Positions 25,430 to 38,819 are shown, counted from the first letter of the stretch. The stretch: DNA of 64,000 nucleotides from Epiperipatus broadwayi (GCA_028023455.1 JAQFVV010000002.1:17670001-17734000), one strand, 5' to 3'. Translations and numbers: made by a program. Notes: generated by a model from the letters alone, not told the origin.

Positions 25430-26135
25430 TTAGGATGGCAACACCAAGTAACATGAGAAAAATTGACACAGAAAATCATACATTTAAAAAGAAATGGGCC
25501 AACACATTTTTTTATAGAAAGAAATAGTAAATCAATGTGCCTGATAGGTCTGGGAAGTATTTCACTTAATAAAAAATACAATATTCAGATGTACTATTCT
25601 ATCAAACATTCTGATTGCAACAAAATTGTTGGGAAAGAAAGGCACATTAAAATAAAAAACTTGAAAATGAGTTATATCAGGTGTCTGATGTGTTTTATAA
25701 AAAAATATAAACAAATCAAAAAATTCTGTGTGAGCAAGTTACATTATTTTTTAAAAAAAAAAAACAAATAAAAGACTACATCCTAGCTATTGTAGAATTA
25801 ATCCGTCCAAAACAAAAAGAAATTTGAGAATATATATTGTGAAGAATAGTTATGACGTAAATTGGAAACATTGCCATAAAATGTGGAACAGTCATTAATA
25901 ACAATAAAGGTACTTTATTTTTAATTCACAAAAACATATGACCCTTGTTTAAAAAGGGAAAGTTAAAATTGGCCTGCTATTTGAAAAGGTTGACTACCCC
26001 TAATGAGTATGGATAAATTAATTAAATTTTTGATCAGATATAGCAAGTTAATTTTTAATTCAATAATTTTGTATGACCCACAAGTAATATTATAAATATC
26101 CAAATGGCCATTGGCAGAAAAGTTTCTCCGCCCTA
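25430..26135 (+). mobile_element. hAT (SPIN/GTF2IRD2-like) remnant, internally deleted
   Basis: RKIDTENHTFKKKWANT..FIERNSKSMCLI...KKYNIQ.YY resembles the N-terminus of this transposase class. AGGTTGACTACCCCT (~25987) and GGCCATTGGCAGAAAAGTTTCTCCGCCCT (~26106) resemble hAT ends. Confidence 0.65.
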
Positions 26136-27233
26136 ACATATACCTATAATAATAAAAGTATTTTTCTTAATTTTATAATATAAATAAGGAATAGATGTTA
26201 CTATTTAAGATTTGTAATTATTAAATTTTATTTTATTTAGCCAAATAAGATATAAAATAATAATTATTAAATTTTTTTCATGCTGAAGAATTTTTTTCTA
26301 TCATTTGAATTTTATTTCTGGTTCAGTGGTATTTTAAGAATGTGAATATTGTTTGCATATTTACCTTTTTTTTTTTTTTTAATTTTGAAATTTTCAGTGT
26401 CGAACTAAAAATCATTGTCTTCAATGCAATATATAATTATTACATACACAAAGGCATTGTTTAAGCAATATCAATTTTTTCTATATGATAAAACTTATAT
26501 GTAATTGATTTTTGTTCTCATATCAAAGGGGTGTTTTTATTGTAAATATATTTTTTAAATACATATGTTGTAATATATTATAAACAATTAGAATCAAGTA
26601 CTTTTTTTTATAAAACCTTAAAGAATTTTAAATCAGTGTAACCATAATTAAACCAGATTTATAGAAGCGATTATAATTGCTTAATTATCCACTCAATGAA
26701 ATTGTTAAACTTGTATGGAATCTCATTAATAAATATTTGCATCATGCATTATTTATAGTATTCACATACCTAAGGTTTCAGAAATTAATTGTACCTTCAG
26801 GCAAATAGTGAATTTATTTATAATGGTATTAAAATAATGTAATTTTAAATATTATTATATTTTTAAAAGAAAAAATAAAATAAAAATTGTACATATAAAT
26901 GGTTATGATTAGGTAAATAAATACAAATTCTGCATCACCCTCAAAAAGTCATAGAAAAGTTAAACTTCAGAGTGAATCACGCATCTTTAGAATGAGTCAT
27001 ACAAATATGTATACATTAATAAAAAAAGATTTTTAATTATATAAATCTATTTATGAATTTATATATATATATTTAATAGGAAATACATATAGGCTGATTA
27101 AATATAGTACAAATAGGCTTAGTTCAAATATATAATAAAATTTTGTAATGATTAAAACTGCTATCTAACTATTAAAGTTGTTGATGCTAATCGAACCAAG
27201 TGTCCATTCCTCTAAAAAATAGTACAAAATCTT

Positions 27234-27352
27234 GTCAAGCATTGTTAGCCGAGAGGTCAGCGCAGCCGCCTTGCAAGCAAGTAGTTGTTTGCAGACGATT
27301 GTTGCGGGTTCGCCTCCTGACTGGTGCTATGACATATGAAAAAGAAAAAAAA
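27234..27352 (+). mobile_element. tRNA-Gly-derived short SINE with TSD
   Basis: GTCAAGCATTGTTAGCCGAGAGG...GGTTCGCCTCC...GCTATGACATATG-A tail. Flanking direct repeat AAAAAATAGTACAAAATCTT at 27214-27233 and 27347-27366. Confidence 0.9.
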
Positions 27353-28299
27353 TAGTACAAAATCTTTTTGTTATGAAAACTAGTTGTATTTTCTATTAAC
27401 AATTTGAAAATACTCTTCAATGGTCAGCATAAGGGTGTTTACATTGATAGATTTGTTTTACGCTGGAAGAATTACAATTAGTGAGGAATACGACTATTTT
27501 TAAATATAATTCCAAACTACTACCTAGCTTTGAACATAAACCCAGGTGATGCTGATTACTTATAACTAATAAGTATTAGCAAAGAAATGAACTTAATTAA
27601 AAATAGCAACAGACATTGAGTTTACTTTACACAACAATAATAATAGGATTTATTAAATAACTTAGATTAATGAATAGTATATATTGTTATGGTGGTACAT
27701 ACACATATATTTAGAATGACTTGACATATATGGAAAATATTAGCAAAATCTTTTAAATAAAGATTAAATTTTATATCTAACAAGACTACTACAATATTTT
27801 CAGTCCTCTCTAATATCATATATTACCATATCTTTTAAATATATTTGGTCCATCCAACAGAATGATAGTAATAAATATATTCTAAATTAATGTTTCCTAA
27901 CTTTTTGACATTTATGTATTCCTTTTAAACCATTTTTTGTAAATTGAACCCCTTGTTTTTAAAAAGTAACTGTTTATGGTTTTTTTTTAATGATAATATT
28001 TTTGATCAGTGCCTATCCTAACATAAAATCATAGAAATGAGGTGATGAATTGGGAAAGGAAAATTACAACACTAAAAGTAAAACCACAGATTTAATTTTA
28101 CAACATTCATAACACAGAAATAATTATAGCTTCATATCAAATATTGATGATCAAGTGTTTAACAAATTTAGAATGCTAATATGGTTGCCGGTATAAAAGT
28201 TTAATTTGGAAATTGTGGGGAGAGGGAAAGGTATAATTTAGTACACATAATATTCTTAACATTTAAATAGTAGTTATTACCAATAATGGTTGATATTAA

Positions 28300-28660
28300 C
28301 ATCATTATCAACCATTATCAATCTACTGCAGGATGAAAGTCTTTCCAAGTTCAATCCATTTTCTCCGATCTTTAGCTTCTCTTCTCCACATCACCCCTGC
28401 ACACTTTCTTATTTCATCCATCCATCTCACATGTGGTCTCTTTCTGTGTCTTTTACAATCTCTTGGAATCCAATTTAAGATTTCAATTGTCCATCTATTA
28501 TCATCTCTTCTATCAATATGTCCAGCCCAACTCCACTTCAGTCTTTTAATTTTTTCAATGAGGTCAGTAACACCTGTTTGTTCTCTTACCCATATATTAT
28601 GTTTTCAATCTCTTCTTGTTACTCCCAACATGCATCTCTCCATACTTTTTCGAGTGATCT
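28300..28660 (-). mobile_element. 5'-truncated RTE LINE 3' end
   Basis: Sequence shared with 497-768 and 44709-45160. Confidence 0.85.
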
Positions 28661-28689
28661 GAAAAGATAAATAAAGTGAGATATAATAG

Positions 28690-31600
28690 TCTTCCAGACA
28701 TTGGAATAATTTCTGATAAATCGTTTACAGCAAATTTAAAATCAAATAGTCAATTAAGAACCCAAGCATTTTGGAAAAAAAGTTAAAAATTCAAAAATGT
28801 TAAGTATAGCAAAAAATAAAAACAATTGCAGACAACCTTTGTGCTCTCCATGAAGTTACAAAACAAAAGACATTAAAGAAAAATGTTGAGAAAACCAATA
28901 ATCTCTGACAAAACATCCCTTGTTGAAGTTACCCAGAAAAATGCTACATGGGGTAATCAAATGGATTACATTCAAGAAAATGCAAGGAATGAAATAGCAC
29001 TCCATAAAACCTTTTTTAATACAAAAAACACACCATGAAAATATGTCTTTAATGTTTCTTAATGATAACAGTGTTTCCGTTACAATTAATTCAGTGGAAC
29101 TCTTGAAAATAAAGAAAAAATAAAAAAATTATGTTGAAAACAAGCAAGAAAAAAATTCAACATTAATTCTAATATCAGCACAAAATTTTTAGATTTTACT
29201 TTTAACAGAACAAATGAAGCTACTAATAAGTCTAAACACACATCCTTTAGTAAATTAAATGATTACTGGTGAAAGATATTTGCAATTAGTCTTTTACCTA
29301 TGACATCAAAAATCAATCAATATTATCTCAGCCTTCATTATCCAATTATTTAGAAGAGCTCTAGAAATATAACATGATCAAAAACACTAAATCTACAGTT
29401 ACTTTCTCAGCAAGATTATTTGTAGCATTAGAATCCTTTCAAAATAATAGTGTGAAAAGGCAGAGAGCACACTTAAGCATCTAAATTTTAAAAAGTTATA
29501 TAATGAAAGATCAAAATCCATTTATACATGGCCATATAATGCATGCTCCATATGATTTCACAAAAGAAGTCTTACAGAAAAATATAGCTGACATTGCTCA
29601 AGTCATAAGTGTATTAAGAGAACTTACTCCAAACATAAAATTTGAAATTCGTATTAACTGTTGGAAGATCACATTAAAAATGAAACAGGAACATGTGTCA
29701 GATGAGCTTCCCATCATATTTTTATGTGATCAATTCCCATTACGTTCACTGTTCCAGACTTGGACATTTTACTTCTCAAGGTAATGTTGGAAATTGCAAC
29801 AGTTGTTGCAAAATTGACAGATTTGGGCATTTGTATAATAATAATCATAAGATTACTTCATGGGCTAATATCATGCCCACCTTAGACTATAAGTTATATT
29901 AACAATAAAACCCGGCCTGCACTGCAGTCCGCAAATACTGTTTATCAAGAATCTGATGTAAGACAACCCAGTCAAGGATGCAACACCAATAAAACTTTAA
30001 TAGATATACTACCAGTACATTGCTGTTAAGAGAATCAATCTCAAGTTTCACTTATTGATAATCATTTACAATAATTCATGGACTTGAATAAAAGTCATAC
30101 CCAGAATTCAGTTCTGTCTTATAACCAAGATACTACATACACTAAAAATTATTCAGAACCAATAAATAAAAACAAATTGTGAAGAACCTGATAAAATTAC
30201 CTCTTCCACCAATGAAAATAGTAAAAGCTATAATACCTGAGTCTGACACTAAACATGCCAGCAAAAAACATCATTCCAACTCTTCAAAAAAATTAGCCAC
30301 AATAAATGTGTGAAGTTATCATGAAATAGAATCTGAGCTATGTCAATTTTTAAATAATTACCATGCTGGTATTTTGGTCATTACAGAAACAAAAATTATT
30401 TTATCAACCAAATCAATCATTGTTAACACTCTAAACAGTAAATACTTATATGTGCATAAATCAACATCAGACTAGCACAAGGGATACATGTTCTAATTAA
30501 TTAAAATTACCCCAAATCCAAAACTCAACCAGACTAGCCAAGAAAATAAAATCAAAAACACAAACAATGCTTTCCCTGCTACAAGCAGACTTCTCAAGTG
30601 TAAAGAACTACAAACAACTTTATATTAAACAATACCTGCAAAGCCATTTACTTCCCATCCACCCTTAATTTATTAATACATAACTTTCATTGACAAGATT
30701 TAAAATAATATTTGTATCAGTTAATGCAGTCATTATTTTTTTTAATTTTTCAGTCACAATTGTACTATCTTATAGCAATATATTCATGCCAAAAAGCAAA
30801 AGACATAGTAAATACTCTCCTCATTGCCTAAGGTAAAATCCTACATAAGCCTGGTTTAACTATAATATGTGATTATTTTAATTGCTCTTATAATGCTCAA
30901 TCATCTGGCTTTGCTACAACTCTATTCTCTAAATGCTGTATCGTTTATTGGAGGTCAAAATGTTCTCTTATTGATCTCTTTTTTGTTTCTCATATTGCCT
31001 TCTAAACTTCAAGGACCTGTCTAGTCTTTCATTTTATGACCATGTTTGTGTAATTCTCACACAAAATAGCCTTCAAAATAAACCAACAATTTATAAATTT
31101 GCATTCAAGCAGCAAATTTCTAGTGAATTCAAATTAACTATCTATAATATATCTACTATATTAATTGCCAGTAATTATTTTTATCAGTTGCAGAATCTCT
31201 CTTTGATTGAAATATGGACACTACTAAAAAGATTTCTAAATAATTGTATTATCATTCAAATAATCTTATAAAACAAAACATATTATTCACATCAATTCAA
31301 CTCTTCAAGCTATAACAAAATTCCATAATATGAAACTCCTTATTCATAAACTGCAAAGTGAAACTAAACATCTAACTGCCCTTTAAAACCAAAGTACCAT
31401 GATATTTAGTCTTAGAAAAATAATCCCTAATCTTTCAACACTAACAAAAACTACAATAAATTACACAAAATCAACTGATTCTTATGCCTATGAAATTCCA
31501 ATTTTGTTGAAAAAAAGCACCCTCTTATCAAGCACCAACATCAATATAAAACTTGTTAACCACTTGAAAACACCCTAAAACAGTTTATTATCATCTGTCC

Positions 31601-32190
31601 CATATTAACTGTAACATGCATCTTCCTCAAAATAATTATATCCCAAACAACAAATTCTTGAGGTAATTATGCACTTACATTCTTACACATCACTAACAAA
31701 TGATCTTATTCCAGCTAATATTTATAAGCATCTAATCACTCTACATAAACATTATAACCAACTTTGTACACTTGAATATGACATATCTAACCTATCCACT
31801 AATGTAATTTTCTGCTTTAGAAAAAACTCGAAAGCCTTATATCCATCAATAAATGGCCTGCATCTACTGATTAAGAAATGTTTGCAAGAATTATTCTTAA
31901 ACAACTAAATGATTTTATCCTTCCTAAACATTTCCTCATTATATTATGCATTTAAAACTCTCCATGTATCTCAAACTATGATATTAGCACAGGAGTTAAT
32001 ATTATATGTAAAACAAAATAAAATAACAAATTATATCACATGCCAGGTTGACTTTAAGGATGCTTTTGATTTGGTAAACTAAGAATATTTGTTTAGCACA
32101 TTAAGCAAACTTCTGCCAAAGCTATGTGCATCTAATTTCTGCCATAAAAAATATCTCAACAGATCTATCAAATCACACTATCTCTCTCTA
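28690..32190 (+). mobile_element. Heavily decayed Tx1/L1-like LINE (ORF1, APE and start of RT)
   Basis: ORF 29503..29784 aligns by eye to the RRM-like region of the 15.4-kb ORF1. LVITETK (APE) near 30375; CQVDFKDAFDLVN (RT) at 32041. Confidence 0.65.
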
Positions 32191-33055
32191 AAAAAAATAG
32201 GACAGTAATATGCATTTCTCATCAGAATTATTTATTACACTATATGTCTGTGTTTTGACAATGTTTTATGGTCTCATTAATTGCTTTTTTGTTATCACTA
32301 TTGATAAATTATTAGTTGATGTCCAGTCCTCTCTTTTTAGTTCACATGTTAATATTGTCCTATGGCATATGGTAGTTAGCCTCATGATCTTCATTGGGAA
32401 TATTGATTATTTTTAAGATTGGTTATTATTGATTTTTTTTTAAATAAATTTACTGACAACTTTATTCTTATTATAATTTTCTTTCCATGATTATTCTTCT
32501 CTCTGAAAAGAGTAGGTTAAGTGCATTAACATGCTTCCATACACCTCTTGGCATTATTCATGTTTCAAAATTGCAAACCATATAGTATAATACACTTGAC
32601 CATATTGTGTACACCCATTATATTTAACTTTTGGATGTGTCTACTGCTTTCAGCTATGGATCAGATCATATGCCGTAATTGACATGAAACAGTTTGAAAA
32701 TATCAGGAATACTCCTGTGCATATCAATTTTTGACTAACACAATATTTTATGAAGAACGCATAGTACTATCCATACATAATACTACAGTCTTACCAAACA
32801 AATACTTCACAAATATATAATAATCTTACATCCACTCATCTCTAAAATGGTGATGGGAAGTTTATTGGCATTGTGGGTCTTAAATCTATGGTTTATTTTT
32901 GTCTTTATATAATTACCATAAATTATGTCATTATGTTTTAATTTGATTTCTATTTAGCTTTAATAAATTATAGACATTTAATTACAAGCTTTAAAAATAT
33001 CTTGGTCCTAACATTAAAGTATATTGCATAAACAGTGTTCACTTGTATATTTTAG

Positions 33056-33249
33056 GCAAAACTTAGAAGAACTTTCTCCATTAACCAAACTAATGCTTCA
33101 TGCCTATCGGTCAAGTGAGATACAAGGAATTATTGTCACTTTAAAAGGCAGTTGTTCAAATGGTTGTACTAATGCAGATGGAGATGTTTATGATTTTGTA
33201 TCTAGATATTTTGCTCCCTGGAAAGGCATTGTTGAAGATCCAGTAAGTG
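33056..33249 (+). CDS. PBLD: Internal coding exon of a phenazine-biosynthesis-like (PhzF family) protein
   Basis: QGIIVTLKG...YDFVSRYFAPWKGIVEDPVSG matches the PBLD motif GLILTLKG...FDFYSRYFAPWVGVAEDPVTG. Acceptor tttag at 33051-33055, donor gtaagg at 33250; 194 nt. Confidence 0.85.
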
Positions 33250-33989
33250 GTAAGGAATTTTTTGTTTGTTTTAGAAAAATGCATTGTCTTCAAATGTTTT
33301 TATTTAAAGTACAATCTCTATTTTTTGGTTTGTTTGTTTGTAAACATTTTTATTTAAGTTAGGATATTAAAATTGAAGTTTAATATATTTATATTCAATA
33401 TAATGTGTTCATATTTGGTACATTTAATATAAATCACTAGTAATGCAATATAACACTAAAATATTTTAGTTCCGTTATATAATTTCTTAAATAGATAGCA
33501 GTGGAATGATGAACAAAACTTGATTTAATACTTTTACTTTCATCCTTAAAATGGATTAGCAAAATCTCTTTGGTGACTGCAACTGAGAATGTTAATTTAC
33601 CTTTTAAATACAGCTAAACATACTTTCAATGTGGAACACCAAAATCATAGTGAGAACAATGAATCTGGTATTCCACATTGAAAGCATGCTCAGTTGTATG
33701 TAGAAAGTAAATTATAAAAGCTTTTCAGTTGCAAATATAAAAAATGTTTTGCTAATTTATTACAAACACAAGTGAAAAGGAAAAAAAAAAATTTAACGTT
33801 AAAAATATTTTAGCATCATTTAAAATTGAAGTGAAAACAAATCTTTGATTACAATCTTACTTTTAAAAAGTAAACAATAATAAATATATAAAAAAATGTT
33901 TTATAATCAACCCTTTTATTTGCTTTGCACTAAAAAAAATTTTCTTTAAAACCAAGTTTTTTCTTTAAACATATGGTTCCAAATAATCT

Positions 33990-34178
33990 TTAAACCATCA
34001 AACATCACATGATCACTATTCTTTATGCTTACACAAGCTGTTTTTCACAGAGGAAAAACTCTCCATGCATTAGTGCCAGTCAGTGTAAGCCAGAGTAGAT
34101 ATGAATTTTATGTGCCAACCTTCCTGAATCCATTGATTACTCTGTATTGCATTGAGTGGTGCTACTGTATGTAAAGTT
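33990..34178. mobile_element. Family A short fold-back copy A4, directly upstream of the Penelope ORF remnant
   Basis: TTAAACCATCAAACATCACATGATCACT...CCAGAGTA followed by an inverted arm ATCCATTGATTACTCTG...GGTGCTACTGTATG. Confidence 0.7.
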
Positions 34179-34329
34179 TGTCCAAATGATCTTTCATACA
34201 TAAAAATTCCAATATTTTCTTCCTTTTATTTTTTAAAAACTTTATTTATTTATTTAAATGAACCATTATATACTCCAATACATTATGCACATGTTTTTAA
34301 CTACTTCCTTGTAATCATTATTAAGGGAT

Positions 34330-35760
34330 CTCCTGCTATTCTTTTTTTAAACCAATTTTTTATTAAATCTTATGCAAATGTTCCATTAAGAACTATTGTT
34401 AGTTCTAGAAATTCACCTTGCCAAAATTTGTCAAGATTTTTTTTTAATGTTTTTAGTCCTTTGGTATACAAGACCCAATCCTTTGTAAGTGATTCTAGAC
34501 ACATTTGTAGAATTAATTAAGAACATGAAAATTGAAAGACCTGACATAGTAGTAAGCTTTGATGTGGAAATTTTATTCACAGATATATCATGTGAAGAAG
34601 TGTTGTCTATTCTAAAAAAAGCTTGAATGATGATAATACTTACAAACCAGACAACTTTTCCTATTGATAGTATAATGGAACTATAAAGATTCTGCATAAA
34701 GACAATATACTCTCAATATAACACAGAATTCTTCCAATAAAATCAAGGAATGGCTATGGGCTTACCCATTTACACCACTGATTAGCAATATTTATATGGA
34801 AGAACTTGAAACAACAGCCATAAAGCCTACTGTATATCCACCTAAAGTTTGGCTTCATTATGTTGATGATACGTTTGTTATATGGCCACATGTTGGAGCA
34901 TTACTACAAATTTTCTGGAAACACATCAAAACATATCCCTTTCGATTGAATTTATATTAGAGTGAGAACAAAAACAAAAATTGGCCTTCTTAGATATTTT
35001 TGTGACAAGAGGCTCTCATGGCAAAATCAAAATTATAGTCTACAGAAAACTCACACATGCAGAAAAATACTTAGCATATTCATCCAATCACACTAAAACA
35101 CCAAACATGGAGTTATACTATCACTATGGAACAGAGTAAAAAAAGTTAGTTCAGAAACCAGTGATTTGGAAAAAGAATAGATCTATATAGAACAAACTCT
35201 TATGAAAAATGTTTATCCATCAGCTGTTATTAAGAAAACCTTAAATAATCAATAAAAAAAAACCATCAACAGAAATAAACAATTATGGCACTGTAGTACA
35301 TCCATACGTATAGAAAATGGCAGTCAAATTATAAAATATCTGCAATCAGTATAACATCAGATCAGCTTTCCAGAGTTATACCACACAATGAGGAATTCTA
35401 ATATCTACAGAGCCCAAATTTGAAATGCTGAAAAGTAAAAAATGCATCTATGAAATACCATGTGAATGTGGAAGAATCTATATTGGTGAGATCATTCGCC
35501 CCACTGAAAAGTGATTGCCATAGCACAAACTTATTATTAGAAGAAAGAAAACAGATGTGTATAAGGTAGCATACCAGATATATACCAATAAACATATGTT
35601 CATTTGGAAAGTACAAAAATATTGGATAGAGAGGGAAAGGTACAAAGAAGAAAATTCAAAGAAGCTGCTCACATGACAGTGGTGAATAATCCCATCTGTC
35701 AACCAAATGTGACTAAGCATAAATATGGAAAACTATTAATCCAACTTTGCGCTTAGAAAA
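34330..35760 (+). mobile_element. Decayed Penelope-like element (RT + GIY-YIG endonuclease)
   Basis: NVPLRTIVSSRNSPC (34378), VSFDVEILFT, QGMAMG, YMEELE, WLHYVDDTFVIWPH (~34850), IYEIPCECGRIYIGE (~35450). Many stops and frameshifts. Confidence 0.88.
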
Positions 35761-35827
35761 AAGTTAAAAAATCAGGAGGAACATTAGAGATAAGTATATG
35801 AAATTTCTATTGGCAATTTCCTTTGAT

Positions 35828-36090
35828 ATGATGACTCAGTTAGTTAGAGTGTTTCTTAAAATTCAATATTTAAATATCTAGGAGTCCAAGTTCAATTCCC
35901 ATGTCAGCACTATCACTTATCATGTCAGTAATGCCTAAAGAAGAGAGAAGAATAATACCTCTCAAAACATTGTGCATATACTTTCCTGTGTGTGATTACT
36001 AACATGGAAGACATTCAATACTTAATATTAGATTATGGAAATAGTTATATATATAAATACAACTAAAATATCATCGTCACGAACCTTCAG
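35828..36090 (+). repeat. Family D unit: tRNA-like A/B boxes followed by a decayed hammerhead motif; second partial unit at 36600-36810
   Basis: TGACTCAGTTAGTTAGAG (35832), AAGTTCAATTCCC (35888), then CUAAAGA-A-GAGAG..CUCUC-AAAA-CAUUGUG (35935-35974). At 36612-36653: CUGAAGA-A-GAG..CUC-AAAA-CAUUGUGUC. Confidence 0.55.
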
Positions 36091-36229
36091 AAAACACAAA
36101 ACCTTAATTTATGTCTGTATGGTAATGAATCTGAACTTCACTTAGGTGATAGTAGATTCCATGAATTAAATAATTTTTATAATCACATTTATACCCTTTT
36201 TTTGGCAGATAAGTTCTTTCACCAATATT

Positions 36230-36560
36230 CATGGAACTGCTAAGCAGAAGTGTTTGTTTTGGAAAATTGCAAACAACTTGATGGTCATATAAATCTCAGT
36301 GGTGATAACACCGCTTTTATTGTCTTTTTGTTACCAAATAAAACATATGATATCAACATTTTGCTTATTTGGTTATTGAAGAGGATTAAATTTAATCATA
36401 AGTTATTGACAAAGGGGCAAATAATATGTAGAAAAATTTCTTTTACTTTTACTGATCCATATAATTTACAAATTTGATCAAAGTGCTATCTATAAGTCTT
36501 ATTGAGAAATGTTGTAGTTGGGAAAATATAATAAAGAAATTTGGTACCAAAGGAATCAGT
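36230..36560 (-). mobile_element. Penelope-like RT N-terminal fragment, inverted
   Basis: Minus strand KLYGSVKVKEIFLHIICPFVNNL resembles the PLE motif KLYGLPKIHK..PLRPIV. Confidence 0.5.
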
Positions 36561-36818
36561 TATATTTATATATTGGATTATTTCCACTGTCACTGGCCAG
36601 GCCAGCAACACCTGAAGAAGAGAGGTGAATAATACTACTCAAAACATTGTGTCTATAATAACATGTGTGTTATTTACTAACAGTTGAATGTAATTGGAAA
36701 ATTTAAATAAAGTTAAATTTTTCTAAAGATATTCAATAATTAATATTAGATGATTGAAATAATCCAATATATATTAATACAATTAAAATATCATCATCAC
36801 AACTTTTGAGGAAGACAA

Positions 36819-37023
36819 TATGAGTCAGCTTCATCCAATAACATTTTCTAATACTTTTATATGAGTCAGCTTCATCCAATAATATTTTCTAATACTTTTA
36901 TATGAGTCAGCTTCATCCAATAACATTTTCTAATACTTTTATATGAGTCAGCTTCATCCAATAACATTTTCTAATACTTTTATATGAGTCAGCTTCATCC
37001 AATAACATTTTCTAATACTTTTA
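36819..37023. repeat. 41-bp minisatellite, 5 near-perfect copies
   Basis: TATGAGTCAGCTTCATCCAATAACATTTTCTAATACTTTTA x5, with one substitution in copy 2. Confidence 0.95.
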
Positions 37024-37029
37024 TAAATG

Positions 37030-37560
37030 AATGGATTTCCACCTGGTACTATGAATGAAATTTGGGATGTACCATCATTGATAGATCCTTTTATAATATT
37101 TAAGTTATATCAAAAGCCTGTTCATCTAATCTCTTGTATCTGTATAGGCCACCACCATCACACCAAATACTTAGTTTTTTCCAATTTTACCAAATCAGAT
37201 GGCTGACAAGAAAGTTGATATCAAATAGAGAGTTGCTACATATTTTGTTAAATTATTTAATTTTTATGAATTAAAAAAAACTTCAGATGATCTAAGACCA
37301 TTATTTTTAGTTGGTCTTGGTAAGAGTATTATGTGATAAAAGTTTTGATCCTATTCCAATAAATAATTATTTATATAATTACTAAAATGTACGTATATTG
37401 GTTTACAGCTCCAAAGTCCATAGTTTATCAAAAAATCTTTAAGAATAATAGTAACTATTTTAATTTTTGTTGTCAGGTGACATTTAATCTGATTGAAAGT
37501 TGACAATTTAGGCGAAAATTTATTGGGCATTAATTTATTAATTATTAAATTAGCTTTGGT
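37030..37560 (-). mobile_element. Decayed non-LTR RT fragment
   Basis: Minus strand ILLPRPTKNNGLRS and QAFDIT resemble RT domains 1-3. Confidence 0.35.
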
Positions 37561-37633
37561 TATTTAAGTAATGACTGAAATGCCAAGAATTCAGTTAGTT
37601 GCAATTGCTATAAATACTGATGGAATATTACTT

Positions 37634-38060
37634 TTATTAAAACAAGCAAAACTCACTATACGTATTACCACTCACTGCAAGCCAGAGTAATCAATGGATC
37701 CCAGAAGGCTTGTGCATAAAATCCCCATCTAGTGCCTACTCATCCAATATCCCCTGACTAGTTTCTGGCTTGTGGCCTTCATCAGTGAGGAGTCTTGGTT
37801 CTGAGAGCACTGCACCTAGATCGTAGGATCTAATGCAACCATCTAGCAGCCACCTTTTATCTCTACTTAACTAAAAACTATGAGTCTTAAATTGAAAATA
37901 CTATAATATTTTCAATCCAAGCTCATTATCTTATATAGTCATATAGGTCTGAACTCTGATATCTATTGATTACTCTGGCTTGCAGTGAGTGACAATACAT
38001 ATAGAAAGTTTTGCCTGTTTTAATAACAGTTATAAGCAAGCATAAGAAATGGTGATCATG
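37634..38060. mobile_element. Family A copy A5 (hammerhead on minus strand, inverted terminal segment)
   Basis: Hammerhead motif at 37742-37798. After 37955 the 3' segment reappears inverted through AAGAAATGGTGATCATGT. Confidence 0.85.
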
Positions 38061-38269
38061 TAATATTGCTTCTACTTAATATTTGTCATATTGAAGATTT
38101 GACTCCTGATACAATTGATCCCGTTATTCTGGAAAAGTTATTTCAAGTATTTCTCATTAATAAAAGTATTAAAAATTCCTCTTCTAATTGTCACATCATT
38201 GACATAGGCAAATATATGAGAAATATTCAAGGAATAAGACATATGATCTTTCTTAGGAATGAATCAATG

Positions 38270-38480
38270 TGTAAATAGAAAATAAAGGCAGGAGAAAGAG
38301 GCATTCCATGGCTAATGCCTTTTAAAATCTGAAATATTGGTGAGAAGTTTTCTGTTGCTGCTGGTATACTGTTTATATAATTTATTAGTCCAAATTTAAG
38401 GATTGGGTTTTCTGGAATAATATAAAATTTCTGTTCACTTAGATAAGAAAATATGATTAAAATTATTTCTGAAATCAATT
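38270..38480 (-). mobile_element. L1-like RT fragment
   Basis: ORF 38227..38478 FQILKGISHGMPLSPAF corresponds to the RT QG.PLSP motif. Confidence 0.5.
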
Positions 38481-38819
38481 TTTATTGTGATCATTTCTGA
38501 TAAACCATTATGTTTTATATATGTTTATAACTTTATGGTATATCAATATTGCATTATGAATATGTCTTTCAGAGATAGAATAATGGACAAGCAATAATTT
38601 AGTTGTTCAAAATGCCTAGAGTTTATCTAATTTATTCTAGCAAATATTTTATTGTTTTTTTTCAGCTGGACTTGGTGATATTAGGATGTTTTTTATCATA
38701 AATAGTATTTGTTAGTTAATACGTGTTCTACCATATTTTTCATAGTTAATGAGTTCAAAAATTTGTCTGGTGATTAGCTATCAGATGCTTCATGAATTTA
38801 TATAAGTAAGATGCAATAG

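Noticed and set aside
36209-36477. Plus-strand reading (SSFTNIHG..AEVFVLEN..INLSGDNTAFIV) superficially like the PhzF/PBLD N-terminus
   Set aside because: It needs a frameshift and a stop, lies downstream of the C-terminal exon, and the minus strand gives a better match to a Penelope RT motif (KLYG.VKV....PFVN).
36819-37023. CRISPR-like array
   Set aside because: Repeats abut with no spacers, there are no cas genes, and the context is eukaryotic.
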